Assembly (NCBI GenBank): GCA_965223415.1
Contig: OZ245002.1
Coordinates: 4,864,001 to 4,928,000 of the forward strand
Direction: 5' to 3'
From: Myxococcota bacterium
Lineage (GTDB): Bacteria; Myxococcota_A; UBA9160; UBA6930
Length of the DNA: 64,000 nt
Part shown: piece after piece, positions 29,406-40,055 of the stretch
Layout of the letters: every line of letters begins with the position of its first letter
Position numbering within the stretch: position 1 is the stretch's first letter
Notes under the pieces: generated by a model
Told to the model about the DNA's origin: nothing
What the model saw: only the letters and a program-made list of their open reading frames with translations
Databases searched by the model: none
Made by a program: the position numbers and the translations under genes

Positions 29406-30434
29406 TCACCCGGCGCCGAAGCGAAGCTCCAGCCGGTGGACGTACCGTTCTCCCGGCCGGAGCACCGGCGACGGCGCCCAGGGCTGGTTCGGCGCGTCGG
29501 GCAGGTGCCCCGGCTCCACGCAGAGGGCGGAGAACCGGTCGTGACGGCGGCCGCGGCCGCTCGCGGTGCCGTCGAGGAAGCCGCCCGTGTAGAGCTGCAC
29601 CCCGGTCATGTCGGACCCCACCTCCAGCCAGCGCCCGCTGCGCGGATGCTCGACCCGGGCGTGGCGGCGGAACCCCTCGCCGTCGGGCAGGAAGCAGTGG
29701 TCGTAGCCCGCGGGAAGGGCCGAGCCGATGCGGTCGCCGAGACGCGTCCCGGTGCGCAGGTCGAAGGCGGTTCCGTCGACCGGGATCGGAGGACCGGAGG
29801 GAAGCGCGGCCGCGTCCACCGGGAGGACACGGCTCGCCGGCAGGATCACGTGGTGGTCGGCGACCCCGGGCTCGGCGGGGCCGCCGAGGTTCCAGTAGGT
29901 GTGGTTCGTGAGCGAGACGACGGTGGGGGCATCGCTGGTCGCCTCGAAGCGGATGGACAGGGCTCCCGCGGTGAGCCGGTAGGTCACCTCCGTCTCGAGG
30001 CATCCCGGGAAGCCCATCTCGCCAGCCGGACTCGTCCGCCGGAAGCGCACGCCCCCCGTCACGGGCTCGGCGTCCCACACCACTTGATCGAATCCGACCG
30101 GCCCGCCGTGGAGCTGGTTCGGCCCTTCGTTCGCGTGGAGGCGGTGGACCCGACCGTCGATCGCCAGGCGGGCCCCGGCGATCCGGTTGGCATAGCGGCC
30201 GACCGTCACGCCGAGGTAGGGGTTGCGCTGCGGATCCTGGTGATCGGAGAGGGAGTCGAGGGCGAGGCACACGTCGGCCGGCTCGCCGCGGGCGTCCGGG
30301 ACGCGGACGAGATCGATGGCGGCACCGAGGTCGAGCAGGTCGACCGTCGCACCGCCGCCGTCGTCGAGTGAGTAGCGGTGCACGTCCGTCGGCCCTTGCA
30401 GGGCGTTGCCGGCCGTCGTGCCCACGTGCGTCAC
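29406..30434 (-). CDS. galM: Aldose 1-epimerase (galactose mutarotase; start approximate)
   Basis: GRYANRI, LHGG, TNHTYWNL, YDHCF, QLYTG. Confidence 0.9.
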   Translation of the reverse strand: MTHVGTTAGNALQGPTDVHRYSLDDGGGATVDLLDLGAAIDLVRVPDARGEPADVCLALDSLSDHQDPQRNPYLGVTVGRYANRIAGARLAIDGRVHRLHANEGPNQLHGGPVGFDQVVWDAEPVTGGVRFRRTSPAGEMGFPGCLETEVTYRLTAGALSIRFEATSDAPTVVSLTNHTYWNLGGPAEPGVADHHVILPASRVLPVDAAALPSGPPIPVDGTAFDLRTGTRLGDRIGSALPAGYDHCFLPDGEGFRRHARVEHPRSGRWLEVGSDMTGVQLYTGGFLDGTASGRGRRHDRFSALCVEPGHLPDAPNQPWAPSPVLRPGERYVHRLELRFGAG

Positions 30435-30608
30435 GGGGTCCAAGGTGGGCCCCAGCGTACGGGAGGCCACGCTCCGGTTCACCTCCGCGCCGGCGCCGAG
30501 GCGGGTCGCCGCCGCAGCGCCGGTGGGATCCGTCACCGACGGCCGCGGCCGATCCGATAGCCTCCCCCCGATGACGGCTGGCGCCCGCCGCGCCGAAGAG
30601 GAGGATGC

Positions 30609-31124
30609 ATGAACGCCCTGGCCCGCCGCGGATGCACGATCCTGCTCGCTGCGACCCTGTCCCTGGTCCCGACCGCCAGCGGTGCCGAGGCCGAGGACGG
30701 GGCGGGGGAGGGGCATCATCCCCTGCACGTCTTCCTCTTCTACGTGCCGAATCGCATCTTCGACACCCTCGACGTGTTCCGGGCCCGGGTCCGCGTGGGC
30801 CCCGGCATCGCCGTCGGCGCCCGGGCCACCGAGGTGGCCGACGTCTTCCTGGGCACCTACACGACGCTCTACACCGGCATCCCCGGGCCGCGCGGGAAGC
30901 CGGTTCCGAGCCTGCCGATCGGCTTCGAGGCGAACCACGGCCTGGAGGTGAGCGTGGCCGACGCCTCGACCGGGCTCGGCTTCGCGCCCGAGTACGGCCT
31001 GCTCGAGGTCGGTGCCGGCGCCCAGGCGGTGCTGGTGGGCTTCGACCTGGGCGTCGACCCCCTCGAGCTGCTGGACCTGCTCGTGGGCATCGTCGGCCTC
31101 GACATCGTCGGCGACGACCTGTAG
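30609..31124 (+). CDS. Hypothetical secreted protein
   Basis: GAGG RBS, signal peptide, GC3 bias. Confidence 0.7.
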   Translation: MNALARRGCTILLAATLSLVPTASGAEAEDGAGEGHHPLHVFLFYVPNRIFDTLDVFRARVRVGPGIAVGARATEVADVFLGTYTTLYTGIPGPRGKPVPSLPIGFEANHGLEVSVADASTGLGFAPEYGLLEVGAGAQAVLVGFDLGVDPLELLDLLVGIVGLDIVGDDL

Positions 31125-31131
31125 GTCGGAG

Positions 31132-32343
31132 CTAGGCCGCCAGCAGGCGCTCCGCGTTGCCGCGCAGGATCGCGGCGCGGACGTCCGGGCTCCCCTCGGT
31201 GACGATCAGCACCTTCGCCAGCGTCGACGCGAGGTGGTAGAAGGGCCAGTCGGTCCCGAAGAGCATCCGCTCCCCGCCGGTCTGGCGGATCATCTCGTGG
31301 AGATGGGTCACGCCCTGGCCGTGGATCCCGAACCAGGCGTTCTCGTACCGCCGGCCCAGCTCGAGCATCCCGTCGCCGTCCCGCGCACCGGAGTGGCCGA
31401 GCACGAAGGGGAGCTTCGGGAAGGCCGCGAGTGCTCCTTCGTAGTGGCGCGGCAGGGCATAGCGATGGGAAGACTCCGGCTCGATGCCTGCGCGCCCCGC
31501 GTGGAAGAAGACCACCATCCCCAGCCGTTCGCACCCCTGGTAGAGCTCCATCATCTCGGGATCGTCGGGATAGAAGCGCTGCATGGGCGGATGCAGCTTG
31601 AGCACCCGGGCGCCGGCGGCGGCGTACCGCTCCAAAGCCGCGAGGCGATCGGGATCGCGCGGATGCACCGAGGCGCCCATCCGCAGGCGATCGCCCTTCC
31701 CGGCCCGCTCGATCGCGGCCCGCCAACGCTCGTTCAGGTCGTCGCCGAACGGAAAGCCGAACACGATGGGCAGGATCAGCGCCCGCTCGACGCGCGTGGC
31801 ATCCATCTCTGCGAGCAGGCTCGGGATCGTATGGGTGGCGGCCGCGCGGCTGCCCCACAGGCCTTGCGCCACGGCCCCCCAGCGCAGCTTTCGCAGCGCC
31901 GCCTCGCTGAAGTTGCCGTTCATGTAGATGTCGAGGTCGATCTCGCAAGGCGGCTCGCTGCCGTCACAATCCAGCAGGTGCTCGACCCGGGGCGGACGCG
32001 CCGCCAGGTCGAGCTCCGGCGCCATCAGGAGCGACATTCCCAGGTGGCAGTGCATGTCGATGGCCGGGGGGAACTCGTCCGCCACGCAGCGCAGGGTCCC
32101 GGCCGCATCGACCTCGAACCAGGGGAGCTCAGCGAGGCCGCGGTAGCCCGGGTAGCGCTGCGGGCCGAACGGGCCTTGCCCCGAGGACGCCACCTCCCGG
32201 GCCCATTTCTCGGCCAGGCTGGCGATGTCCGCGTCGGTGTAGCGGCCCGGCTCCGATCGGCCGCCACAGCCGTGCAGCAGGAAGCCCGCCGTGCCCGCGG
32301 CCAGCAGTCCGAGGAAGGCTCTACGATCGATCGGGTGCGCCAC
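31132..32343 (-). CDS. Tat-exported amidohydrolase (Amidohydro_2 family)
   Basis: DRRAFL twin-arginine signal; IDMHCH, KLHP, FHAG, LGH, FGTDWP. Confidence 0.88.
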   Translation of the reverse strand: MAHPIDRRAFLGLLAAGTAGFLLHGCGGRSEPGRYTDADIASLAEKWAREVASSGQGPFGPQRYPGYRGLAELPWFEVDAAGTLRCVADEFPPAIDMHCHLGMSLLMAPELDLAARPPRVEHLLDCDGSEPPCEIDLDIYMNGNFSEAALRKLRWGAVAQGLWGSRAAATHTIPSLLAEMDATRVERALILPIVFGFPFGDDLNERWRAAIERAGKGDRLRMGASVHPRDPDRLAALERYAAAGARVLKLHPPMQRFYPDDPEMMELYQGCERLGMVVFFHAGRAGIEPESSHRYALPRHYEGALAAFPKLPFVLGHSGARDGDGMLELGRRYENAWFGIHGQGVTHLHEMIRQTGGERMLFGTDWPFYHLASTLAKVLIVTEGSPDVRAAILRGNAERLLAA

Positions 32344-32485
32344 GGCCGGAACGATAGGGCATGGCGCGGGGCGGCTCTTGTCGGCCCCTACACCGGGGAA
32401 GCGAGCGCCCCGTCGCAGAGCGATCGACCGCGCCTAGGCACTGGCCGCGGAGGGCGAGGTGCGCGCTCCCCCCGGTCGGATGGAC

Positions 32486-33196
32486 TCAGGACAGAAACCG
32501 CGCGCGAACCGCGAAGGCGTACCAGCGCAGGTACGTCGGCAGCCATTTCATCAGCCGGAACCGGCTCTCACCGGCGGTGCGATCCCGCCAGGTCGCCGGC
32601 ACCTCCTCGACTCGTCCGCCCCCGTAGTGTGCCTTCACGGCGAGCTCCATGCCGAGCGCGAAGCCCGCCTCGGTCTCGATCGGGGTCCGCGCGAGGAAAT
32701 CGGCTCGGTACGCCTTGAAGCTGTTGGTCGGGTCGTGCGTCGGCAGGCCGCACAGGGCGTGCAGAGACACACCCGCCACCCGCGAGAGCAGCCCCTTCAG
32801 CCGAGGCCCACCGATCTGACGGCCCCCGCGCATGTAGCGACTCGCGCACACGACGTCTGCGCCCGCCTCGGCACGCGCAACCATATCCTCGAGCCGGACC
32901 AGATCGTCGGAAAGGTCGGCCATCGCGACGACAACCACCGGGGCCCGCGACGCCCGCATCCCGGCCTCGATCGCGTGGCGGACGCCGGGCCCCAGGTCGT
33001 TTCTGATGAAGCGAAGCGTCTCCGGACGCGCTTCCGCAGGCACCGCCCGGGCGACAGGCAGCGTCGTGTCGATCTCGTGGTCGTAGCAGAGCAGCACCTC
33101 CCCGGCGTCCGGGAGATGCTCCCGCAGCCGTCGCAGCGTCTCCTCGATGAGCTCTGCCTCGTTGAAGACTGGGATCACGACCGAGTAGCGGAGCAT
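32486..33196 (-). CDS. Polyprenol-phosphate glycosyltransferase (DPM1/ArnC-like GT2)
   Basis: VVIPVFNE, MADLSD, ASRY, D.TNSFKAY, R..GES. Confidence 0.88.
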   Translation of the reverse strand: MLRYSVVIPVFNEAELIEETLRRLREHLPDAGEVLLCYDHEIDTTLPVARAVPAEARPETLRFIRNDLGPGVRHAIEAGMRASRAPVVVVAMADLSDDLVRLEDMVARAEAGADVVCASRYMRGGRQIGGPRLKGLLSRVAGVSLHALCGLPTHDPTNSFKAYRADFLARTPIETEAGFALGMELAVKAHYGGGRVEEVPATWRDRTAGESRFRLMKWLPTYLRWYAFAVRARFLS

Positions 33197-33197
33197 C

Positions 33198-33944
33198 TCA
33201 GGGCTCCGCCGGTCGGCGCCCAGCGGTCACCACGAACGAGCCGAATACCCGCCCCGCACCGGAGAGGTGCATCGCGCGGTCGAGCGCATTGTAGACCCGC
33301 AGCACCGCGTTGAGACCGCCTGGTGCAACCTTCCGATACGGAATGCCGGCCTGCGCGTGCTGCATCACCGGCCCGAGGCCCGCATCCTCGAATGCGCGGC
33401 GAAGCTCTCCCGGCGTGAGCGGCCGCTCGTTCGGGCTCACGCCCTCGGCCCGGTAGAGCGGGCTCTTCGGATGCCGAAACAGCGCCATCGCGGGATGCAG
33501 CAGATTCGGATCGAACGCAAAGACCGCGCCTCCCGGCCGAAGCACGCGCCGGGCCTCCCGCAGTGCCAGAGCGAATTCGGGGATGTGGTGCAGCACGCTC
33601 GAGAACGCCACCGTATCCACGCTCGCCTTGGCGAACGGGAGAAGGCAGGCGTCCGTCCGAAGGTGGTCGTCTCCGGGAAAGCGCGCCTGCGCGTGCCGCA
33701 ACGCCGCGCCAGACAGGTCGATCGCCACCCTTCGCTCGAAACGCCCGGCATAGACGGGATGCGCGCTCCCCGTGCCACAGCCCACCTCGAGAAGCAGGTC
33801 CACCGGAACTTCACCGACGAGCTCCCCGAAACACCTGCGCAACGTGTTCCATCCCGTCGGCAGGAACGGGTCGAAGCCCCCTTCTGCTTCGATCAACCCG
33901 TCGAAGTAGTCGCGTTCGATCTCGGCGACGTCCGGGGGGGCCAC
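33198..33944 (-). CDS. Class I SAM-dependent methyltransferase
   Basis: LEVGCGTG, DA..LPF, VLHH, RVLRPGG. Confidence 0.9.
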   Translation of the reverse strand: MAPPDVAEIERDYFDGLIEAEGGFDPFLPTGWNTLRRCFGELVGEVPVDLLLEVGCGTGSAHPVYAGRFERRVAIDLSGAALRHAQARFPGDDHLRTDACLLPFAKASVDTVAFSSVLHHIPEFALALREARRVLRPGGAVFAFDPNLLHPAMALFRHPKSPLYRAEGVSPNERPLTPGELRRAFEDAGLGPVMQHAQAGIPYRKVAPGGLNAVLRVYNALDRAMHLSGAGRVFGSFVVTAGRRPAEP

Positions 33945-33946
33945 CG

Positions 33947-34978
33947 TCAGATCCGCCCCAGCCCGATCTCCTCGCGGACCCAAGGGATCACCTCGTCGAG
34001 GACCTGCTCGATCGGCGTGCTCGCCTCATAACCGAGGACGCTCTTTGCTTTCGACACGTCGGGAATGCGCCGCTGCACGTCGTGCGCGAAGGGCTCGTCG
34101 GAAACGGTCACGAACGCCGGCGCATCGGGGCCCTCGCCATGGACCTTGTGCCAGATCGCCTCGGCGAGCTCGAGCACCGTCGTCGGTACCGGCGTCGAGA
34201 GGTTGAAGTCCTCGTTCTTCGCACCGGGATGCGTGAGCGAGCCTACGATGCCCCTCGCCAGATCGCCGCCGTAGGTGTAGCAGCGAACCTGGCTGCCGTC
34301 GCCGAGGATGTGCAGCGGATCCTGCCCCTTCAGCACCTTCTGCACAAGATCGGGTACGACGTGGCTCATGGCCAGGCTGACGTTTCCGCTCGGAATCTCC
34401 CGCCCGCCGAGCGCGCGGCGCTCTCCGATACCGATGCAGTTGAAGGGACGCAGGATCGTGTACGGGAGGCCGTACTGCTCGAGCGCACCCTTCGCGAAGT
34501 ACTCCACTGCCAGCTTCTGGAAGCCGTAGGTCGAGAACGGCACCGGACACTCGTCCACGTGGCTCTCCGGCGTCGGGAAGACCCCTGCATTCTCGAAGAC
34601 CATGCTGCTCGAGAGAACCGTGATCTTCTGGAGCACCCCGTCCCGGTGGGCGGCGACCGCAGCATCGAAGGTCGAGGCGGTGATCCGCTCGTTCTCGGCG
34701 AGCAGATCATAGGCGTACTCGTGGAAGTAGGAGATGCCGCCGATCATCGCGGCGCCGGCGACGAGCTGGTCGCAGTCCATCGCGAGCTCGGTGAGCAGCG
34801 GCACGTCCTTGGCATCCCCGAGCACGAAGCGATAGCGGGGATGACCCTGGTAGCTCTTCTCGATCGGCCCGTACTTCGAGTGGTTGTCCACGCCCACCAC
34901 CTCGTGGCCCGCCTCGAGCAGCTCGTGGACCAGGTAGCCGGAGATGAAGCCAGCGGATCCCGTCACGAGCACCCTCAC
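33947..34978 (-). CDS. NAD-dependent nucleotide-sugar epimerase/dehydratase
   Basis: VTGSAGFI, SSS, YGFQK, RPFN. Confidence 0.92.
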   Translation of the reverse strand: MRVLVTGSAGFISGYLVHELLEAGHEVVGVDNHSKYGPIEKSYQGHPRYRFVLGDAKDVPLLTELAMDCDQLVAGAAMIGGISYFHEYAYDLLAENERITASTFDAAVAAHRDGVLQKITVLSSSMVFENAGVFPTPESHVDECPVPFSTYGFQKLAVEYFAKGALEQYGLPYTILRPFNCIGIGERRALGGREIPSGNVSLAMSHVVPDLVQKVLKGQDPLHILGDGSQVRCYTYGGDLARGIVGSLTHPGAKNEDFNLSTPVPTTVLELAEAIWHKVHGEGPDAPAFVTVSDEPFAHDVQRRIPDVSKAKSVLGYEASTPIEQVLDEVIPWVREEIGLGRI

Positions 34979-36147
34979 CGGATACAGCCCCACACGTCGA
35001 CGACGAGCTTGTCTTCCGGGATCGCCAGGCCGCGATACTCAGCGTGGGGCGTGGCGACGAAGAGCACATCAGCCTCTTCCAGCACACGGGAGAGCGTCAC
35101 GAAGGTGGGATCGGCGACCAGTGGATCGTGGCAGAGAACGCGCCTCGACTCCATCGTGAGCAGCTTGCGCAGCTTGTAGCTGAGTGAGTCGCGGGGATCG
35201 TCCGAGCCGGCCTTGAACGCCATCCCCAGCACACCCGTCGTGGCCTCCCACAGGTCTCGCTCGCGTTTCGCGAGGCGAACGAGGTGTGCCGGAAGCCCCT
35301 CGTTCACGAGCATCGCGGCGTGGCCTAGCGCGAAGCGGTCCTGCGAGAAGGCCGCGAGCTGCATCGTATCCTTCACGAGGCACGGCCCGGCCGTCAGGCC
35401 CGCGCTCGGCATGTGCTCCATGCGTGGATAATCGGTCCGGCAGCCATCGAGGATGCGATCGAAATCGAGACCGTGCTCCGTCGCGATCATGTAGAACTGG
35501 TTGACCGTAGCGAACTCCACATAGCGCCAAGCGTTGGTCATGAGCTTGCAGAGCTCTGCCTCCATCGGCGCCATCTCGATCATGCGGTTCGTCAGACGCG
35601 AGAAGAGCAGGCGTACCATGTCCAGCGTGCCTTCGTCGAAGGCAGAGATGATCTGAGGCAGCTCGCGAAACTCACGGAGGCTATCGCCCTGCGCGACGCG
35701 CTCTGGACAGAACGCGACCCGGACGTCCAGACCGCGATCCCGCAGGTAGCGCTGGGTGTGCTCGCTGATTCCGGGATACACGGTGCTCCGCAGGACCAGC
35801 ACCTGGCCATCGCGCAGGTGCTCGACACAGCCGTCGATCGCGCGTCGCATCTCCGTGAGACCCGGGTTCAGGTGCTCGTCGACGGGGGTGCCGATCACAA
35901 CGATGATCACGTCGCACGCCGCGAGCCCTTCGGGATCGGAGCCCGCCGTCAGCGTTCCGGCCTTCAAGGTGCGCTGGAGCAGGGGTTTGGCGCCGTTCTC
36001 CAGGAATGGCATCTCGCCGGCCCGGATCACCTTGATGCGGTCGTCATCGATATCGTGGATGTAGGTGGGAAGACCGCTGTCCGCGAAGGCGAGCGCCAGG
36101 GGCAACCCCACGCGGCCGCCGCCCCCAATGATCCCGAGACGTGTCAA
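34975..36147 (-). CDS. Nucleotide-sugar dehydrogenase (UDP-glucose/GDP-mannose DH family)
   Basis: G.G.VGLP, RSTVYPG, PER, K..N, GPCLVKD, G.AFK..DD.R.S. Confidence 0.93.
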   Translation of the reverse strand: MTRLGIIGGGGRVGLPLALAFADSGLPTYIHDIDDDRIKVIRAGEMPFLENGAKPLLQRTLKAGTLTAGSDPEGLAACDVIIVVIGTPVDEHLNPGLTEMRRAIDGCVEHLRDGQVLVLRSTVYPGISEHTQRYLRDRGLDVRVAFCPERVAQGDSLREFRELPQIISAFDEGTLDMVRLLFSRLTNRMIEMAPMEAELCKLMTNAWRYVEFATVNQFYMIATEHGLDFDRILDGCRTDYPRMEHMPSAGLTAGPCLVKDTMQLAAFSQDRFALGHAAMLVNEGLPAHLVRLAKRERDLWEATTGVLGMAFKAGSDDPRDSLSYKLRKLLTMESRRVLCHDPLVADPTFVTLSRVLEEADVLFVATPHAEYRGLAIPEDKLVVDVWGCIR

Positions 36148-36174
36148 GAGCGTGGTCCTCCGCCGCGCAACCGA

Positions 36175-38121
36175 TCAGAGTACCGCGAGGCCTGCGGGAT
36201 CGCAGGTCGGCCCGTCGTGAGGCATCGGCGGAGGCCGGACCTCGAGCTCGATGTCGAGCACGTCACCGATCCCGCCGGCCGAGGCTTTCACGGGCAGGAA
36301 CGCAACCCGCGTGACCGCGCTTCCAGGCCAACGCCCGGCGGATAGTGCGGCGGCGTCCTCAGCGGTCTCGAGCAGGGGACTGAGCAGAAACCCCGGCTCG
36401 CCCATTCCGGCCGGCAGCCGATAGGCGCGCGCCCGCGAGCGACCCACGCTCCTGACCTGGAGTCGGATGTCGGGACGTCGATGCAACACTCTGCGCACGG
36501 CGCCCCAAGGGGTCGTCCGGGTGCCCACACGAAGCCACACGAGGCAGCCGCGCAGCTCGCCGAGCGCGATCCCCGTACCGAGGTTCAGCGCGAGTGTCCG
36601 CGTGGCGAGCGGCTCGGCGGGCGTCACGCCCGCCCGGCGCTGCATCAGCCAGAAGCCGTTCTCGGTGAAGAGCGGTTCGTAGCGGTGCAGGACCTCCCAC
36701 CAGGCCAGCGCGTCCGCGAGCAGCGGCGGCCGACCGTCGATCGGCTGGAATCTCGTCATCAAGTAGGGAGGCGCTGAGGGGCGGCGGTACCAGGCCGCGT
36801 TCCGCTCCATCAGGCCGCTGGAGTATGCCGCGTAGCTCTGAAACACCGGCGGGTGCACGATCCGGAGCCCGTTCAATAGCGCTGCCCCCTGCAGGTTGCC
36901 CTGCACGACCACGGCGCTGGTCCCGACACGTGCGGCGATCCGCGGAAGCTGGACGCGCGCGCCAACCTCGGCTTGGCGCCGCTCAGCGGCGGCCTGCCAG
37001 GACGACGGGGACGCCACCGCCCCGACCACCCCGGCGACGCGCCGTGCTGGAGCTGAGGCGCCTGCGCGCCAGGTGAGAGGAGCCTCCGCGACCAGGGTCG
37101 ATGCACCGATCGCTGCGCATGCCACGAGGGCCGTAGCTGCGCCGCGCATCGCCGTGCGCGGCTCCGGGAACGCGATGCAAAGGGCTCCGGAGAGGAACGG
37201 AAGGGCCCCGAAGAAGAAGATCGCATGATCCTCTCGCGTGAAGCCGAACTTCCACCACTGGATCGTGAAGAGGCAGATGAGCCCGGCCATGAGGATCTGC
37301 CGGCCGGCCAGGGCGGGCCCGGCGGATCGCAGCGGAGCCAGCGCGATGATCTGGGCAACCGCAGCGATGGCCAGCGCTGCGAACGCGAACTCGAACACCC
37401 GGCGCGATACACCGGCGCCGCCCATCGCCTCATAGCCGGACGTGATCTCGACCATGCCGCGAACGAAGTCCGGGAACGCCCCCGGCGGCTGGCCTGCAAC
37501 GATCCAGAGGGCGGCCAGCGCGGCGCTGGCGCCCGCGATCGAGGCCACACTGGGCCACACCCGACGCCGACGGAAAGGAGCCACCGCGAGCCACCAAGCG
37601 AGGCAGATCGGACCCAGGACCAGAAAGGTCGTCTTCGTCAGAGCCAGCCCGAGTCCGAGCACGACGAGCGCCGTGCCCAGGACGAGGCTCGTCGCTCCCC
37701 CAACGCCCACGAGGGTCACGAGACCGAGGAGGAGCGCCGCCTGATTGCCGACATCGAACTGGGCGCCTGCATACACCACGCCCGCGGCGATGGCGATGCG
37801 CGGCACCCATCCCGGCGCCCGCAAGAACGCCACCGCCAGGATGCCGCTGACGAGGACCGCACGGGCAACACCGAACGCGACCTTCCACGGAAGCCACGTG
37901 GCGTCGTACAGGGGCGTGATCAAGTGGCCGTACGGGCCGTAGCTGAAAACGAGATCGCGTCCGAACGTGAGATCCGTGCTGGCGGCGTTCGCGAGGAGCC
38001 CCATCCACGACGGATCCAGCCGGGCTGTCAGCACATCCCCGGGAAACGAGAGGACGAACGGCAGGAACACCACGGCCACCGCGGCGCCGGTGCCCGCGCG
38101 TCTCGGCCACGGCTCCATCAT
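36175..38121 (-). CDS. Polytopic membrane protein, putative GT-C-like transferase
   Basis: LDPSW..FGRDLVFSYGP N-terminal loop; about 10 TMs; soluble C-terminal domain. Confidence 0.6.
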   Translation of the reverse strand: MMEPWPRRAGTGAAVAVVFLPFVLSFPGDVLTARLDPSWMGLLANAASTDLTFGRDLVFSYGPYGHLITPLYDATWLPWKVAFGVARAVLVSGILAVAFLRAPGWVPRIAIAAGVVYAGAQFDVGNQAALLLGLVTLVGVGGATSLVLGTALVVLGLGLALTKTTFLVLGPICLAWWLAVAPFRRRRVWPSVASIAGASAALAALWIVAGQPPGAFPDFVRGMVEITSGYEAMGGAGVSRRVFEFAFAALAIAAVAQIIALAPLRSAGPALAGRQILMAGLICLFTIQWWKFGFTREDHAIFFFGALPFLSGALCIAFPEPRTAMRGAATALVACAAIGASTLVAEAPLTWRAGASAPARRVAGVVGAVASPSSWQAAAERRQAEVGARVQLPRIAARVGTSAVVVQGNLQGAALLNGLRIVHPPVFQSYAAYSSGLMERNAAWYRRPSAPPYLMTRFQPIDGRPPLLADALAWWEVLHRYEPLFTENGFWLMQRRAGVTPAEPLATRTLALNLGTGIALGELRGCLVWLRVGTRTTPWGAVRRVLHRRPDIRLQVRSVGRSRARAYRLPAGMGEPGFLLSPLLETAEDAAALSAGRWPGSAVTRVAFLPVKASAGGIGDVLDIELEVRPPPMPHDGPTCDPAGLAVL

Positions 38122-38262
38122 GCCGCCCTCCGGAAAGCACGGCTCACGATCTCCGCGACCATTCTGCGAGGCGCGAGCCCGCTGGCAGCGAACACGACTC
38201 TCACCCTCGAAAGGGCACGGGAGCGGGCTCCGAGGTTTTGGCGTTCGGCTAGACTCTCGACC

Positions 38263-39714
38263 ATGTCTTCGATGCGCTGGTGGCTCGCGGCGTCATGCCT
38301 TGCAATCACGCCCCTGCTCTCGACCCATCGTTCCACGGCGGCATCCGCAGAGCCGGAGCCGCCCAATGTCGTGCTGATCTCCATCGATAGCCTAAGGCTC
38401 GATCACCTCGGCGCCTATGGCTACACCCGCCCTACCAGTCCGACGATCGACCGCCTCGCCCGGGAGGGCGTGGTCTTCGAGCAGGCGATCTCGACTTCTT
38501 CCTGGACGCTGCCTTCCCATGTCTCGCTGCTCACGTCTCAGGACGTGTCGACCCACGGAGTGGACGAGCCTCACGACAAGCTCTCGGCGGGACTCCCTTT
38601 CCTGGCGGAGGCGATGCGAGCGGCCGGCTATGCCACGGCAGGCTTCTACAGCGTCGCCATGCTCGGCGCCGACTACGGTTTCGCTCGCGGGTTCGATCGC
38701 TACTACAACTGCACCAACCTCGTCAAGCCCGAGGACCACGCCCTGGAGGAATTCAAGAAGGCGTTCGCCCCCGGAAGCCCACAGAGGAAGCGGGCCGCCT
38801 TTCTCGACGTGAGCAGCCCACGAATCCATGAGAGCGTGGCGCATTGGTTCGGGCATGAGCGCAGCGAGCCCTTCTTCCTCTTCGTCCACTACTATGACGT
38901 CCACTGGGATTTCATCCCGCCGCCTCCCTACGACTCGATGTTTCGTGGGCTCCCCGCTCCGGCCACCGCCGGAAAGCGGCGATTGCTGCGCAACACCGGC
39001 TACCGCGCGAATCCATCCGTTCCGAGCATCGACGAGTTGATCGCTCTCTACGATGGAGAGATCCGTTGGACCGACGATTGGATCGGGAAGTTGATGGGGC
39101 TGCTACAGGACGAAGCGTTGCTGGCCAACACCCTCGTGGTCCTGACCTCGGACCACGGCGAGGAGTTCGGCGAACACGGCGCGATGTACCATGGCAACAA
39201 CCTCTTTGACGACTCGATTCGCGTTCCGCTCATCATGCGGCTTCCCGGCAAGTCCCGCGCCGGCCAGAGGGTCTCGCAGCAGGTCCGGTTGATCGACGTC
39301 GCCCCGACGATCCTCGACATCGCGGAAGTCGAGGCCGGCCCGGATCTTCAAGGAACGAGTCTCGTGCCCCTTCTCGAGGGGCGCGATCTGGCGCTCCCGC
39401 CAGCGCATGCCTCCCTCGTGAAGATCCCGTGGCACCGGAAGAACGTGCCCAGCGAATCCCTTCGCACCGAGGGTGCAAAGCTCATTCGAAACACCGAAAC
39501 GGGAGAGGTGCTCTTCTTCGACCTCCTGACGGATCGAGGAGAGCAGGCGGGGACCCAGATCCGCAAGCAAGGCGAGGTTCCGGCACAAGCCGAGGCGCTT
39601 CTGCACCTCCTGCGCTCCAGAGACGAATCGCCGCGGAACGATCGGGCGCACGAGAAGGTCGACATGAGCCCGGAAGTGCGCGAGCAGCTGCGCGCCCTTG
39701 GGTATGTGGAGTGA
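38263..39714 (+). CDS. Sulfatase-like protein (alkaline phosphatase superfamily)
   Basis: NVVLISIDSLR.DH, SSWTLPSH, HYYDVH, YDGEI, SDHGE, VPLI. Confidence 0.88.
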   Translation: MSSMRWWLAASCLAITPLLSTHRSTAASAEPEPPNVVLISIDSLRLDHLGAYGYTRPTSPTIDRLAREGVVFEQAISTSSWTLPSHVSLLTSQDVSTHGVDEPHDKLSAGLPFLAEAMRAAGYATAGFYSVAMLGADYGFARGFDRYYNCTNLVKPEDHALEEFKKAFAPGSPQRKRAAFLDVSSPRIHESVAHWFGHERSEPFFLFVHYYDVHWDFIPPPPYDSMFRGLPAPATAGKRRLLRNTGYRANPSVPSIDELIALYDGEIRWTDDWIGKLMGLLQDEALLANTLVVLTSDHGEEFGEHGAMYHGNNLFDDSIRVPLIMRLPGKSRAGQRVSQQVRLIDVAPTILDIAEVEAGPDLQGTSLVPLLEGRDLALPPAHASLVKIPWHRKNVPSESLRTEGAKLIRNTETGEVLFFDLLTDRGEQAGTQIRKQGEVPAQAEALLHLLRSRDESPRNDRAHEKVDMSPEVREQLRALGYVE

Positions 39715-40055
39715 GCGTGGCGAGCCAACCGGCGCTCCCGACGCCCCGGGACTTCCGGCGACGTCCCGAGCGACGCGCCCGCTGGGGATCCCTTGCACAG
39801 AGCCCCCAGATCCCCGCATGTCCCACTCTCGCTCGAATCCGGTTGCGGTCACACCGATGGCCGTTCCGGATCGAGGAGCCCCGGGCCAGCCCTCAGGGCC
39901 AATCGCCGGAGCCACGAGAGTCACACTGCCGCCGACACCGAGGAGGAGCAGCGCGCCCGGTTCGGGGGTGAGGCTGAGTGCAAGGCTGACCTGCGTCCCG
40001 CCTAAGCCTCCCGGATCGGCTGGCCGAAACGGCAGGAACCGGGAGGGACACGGAC

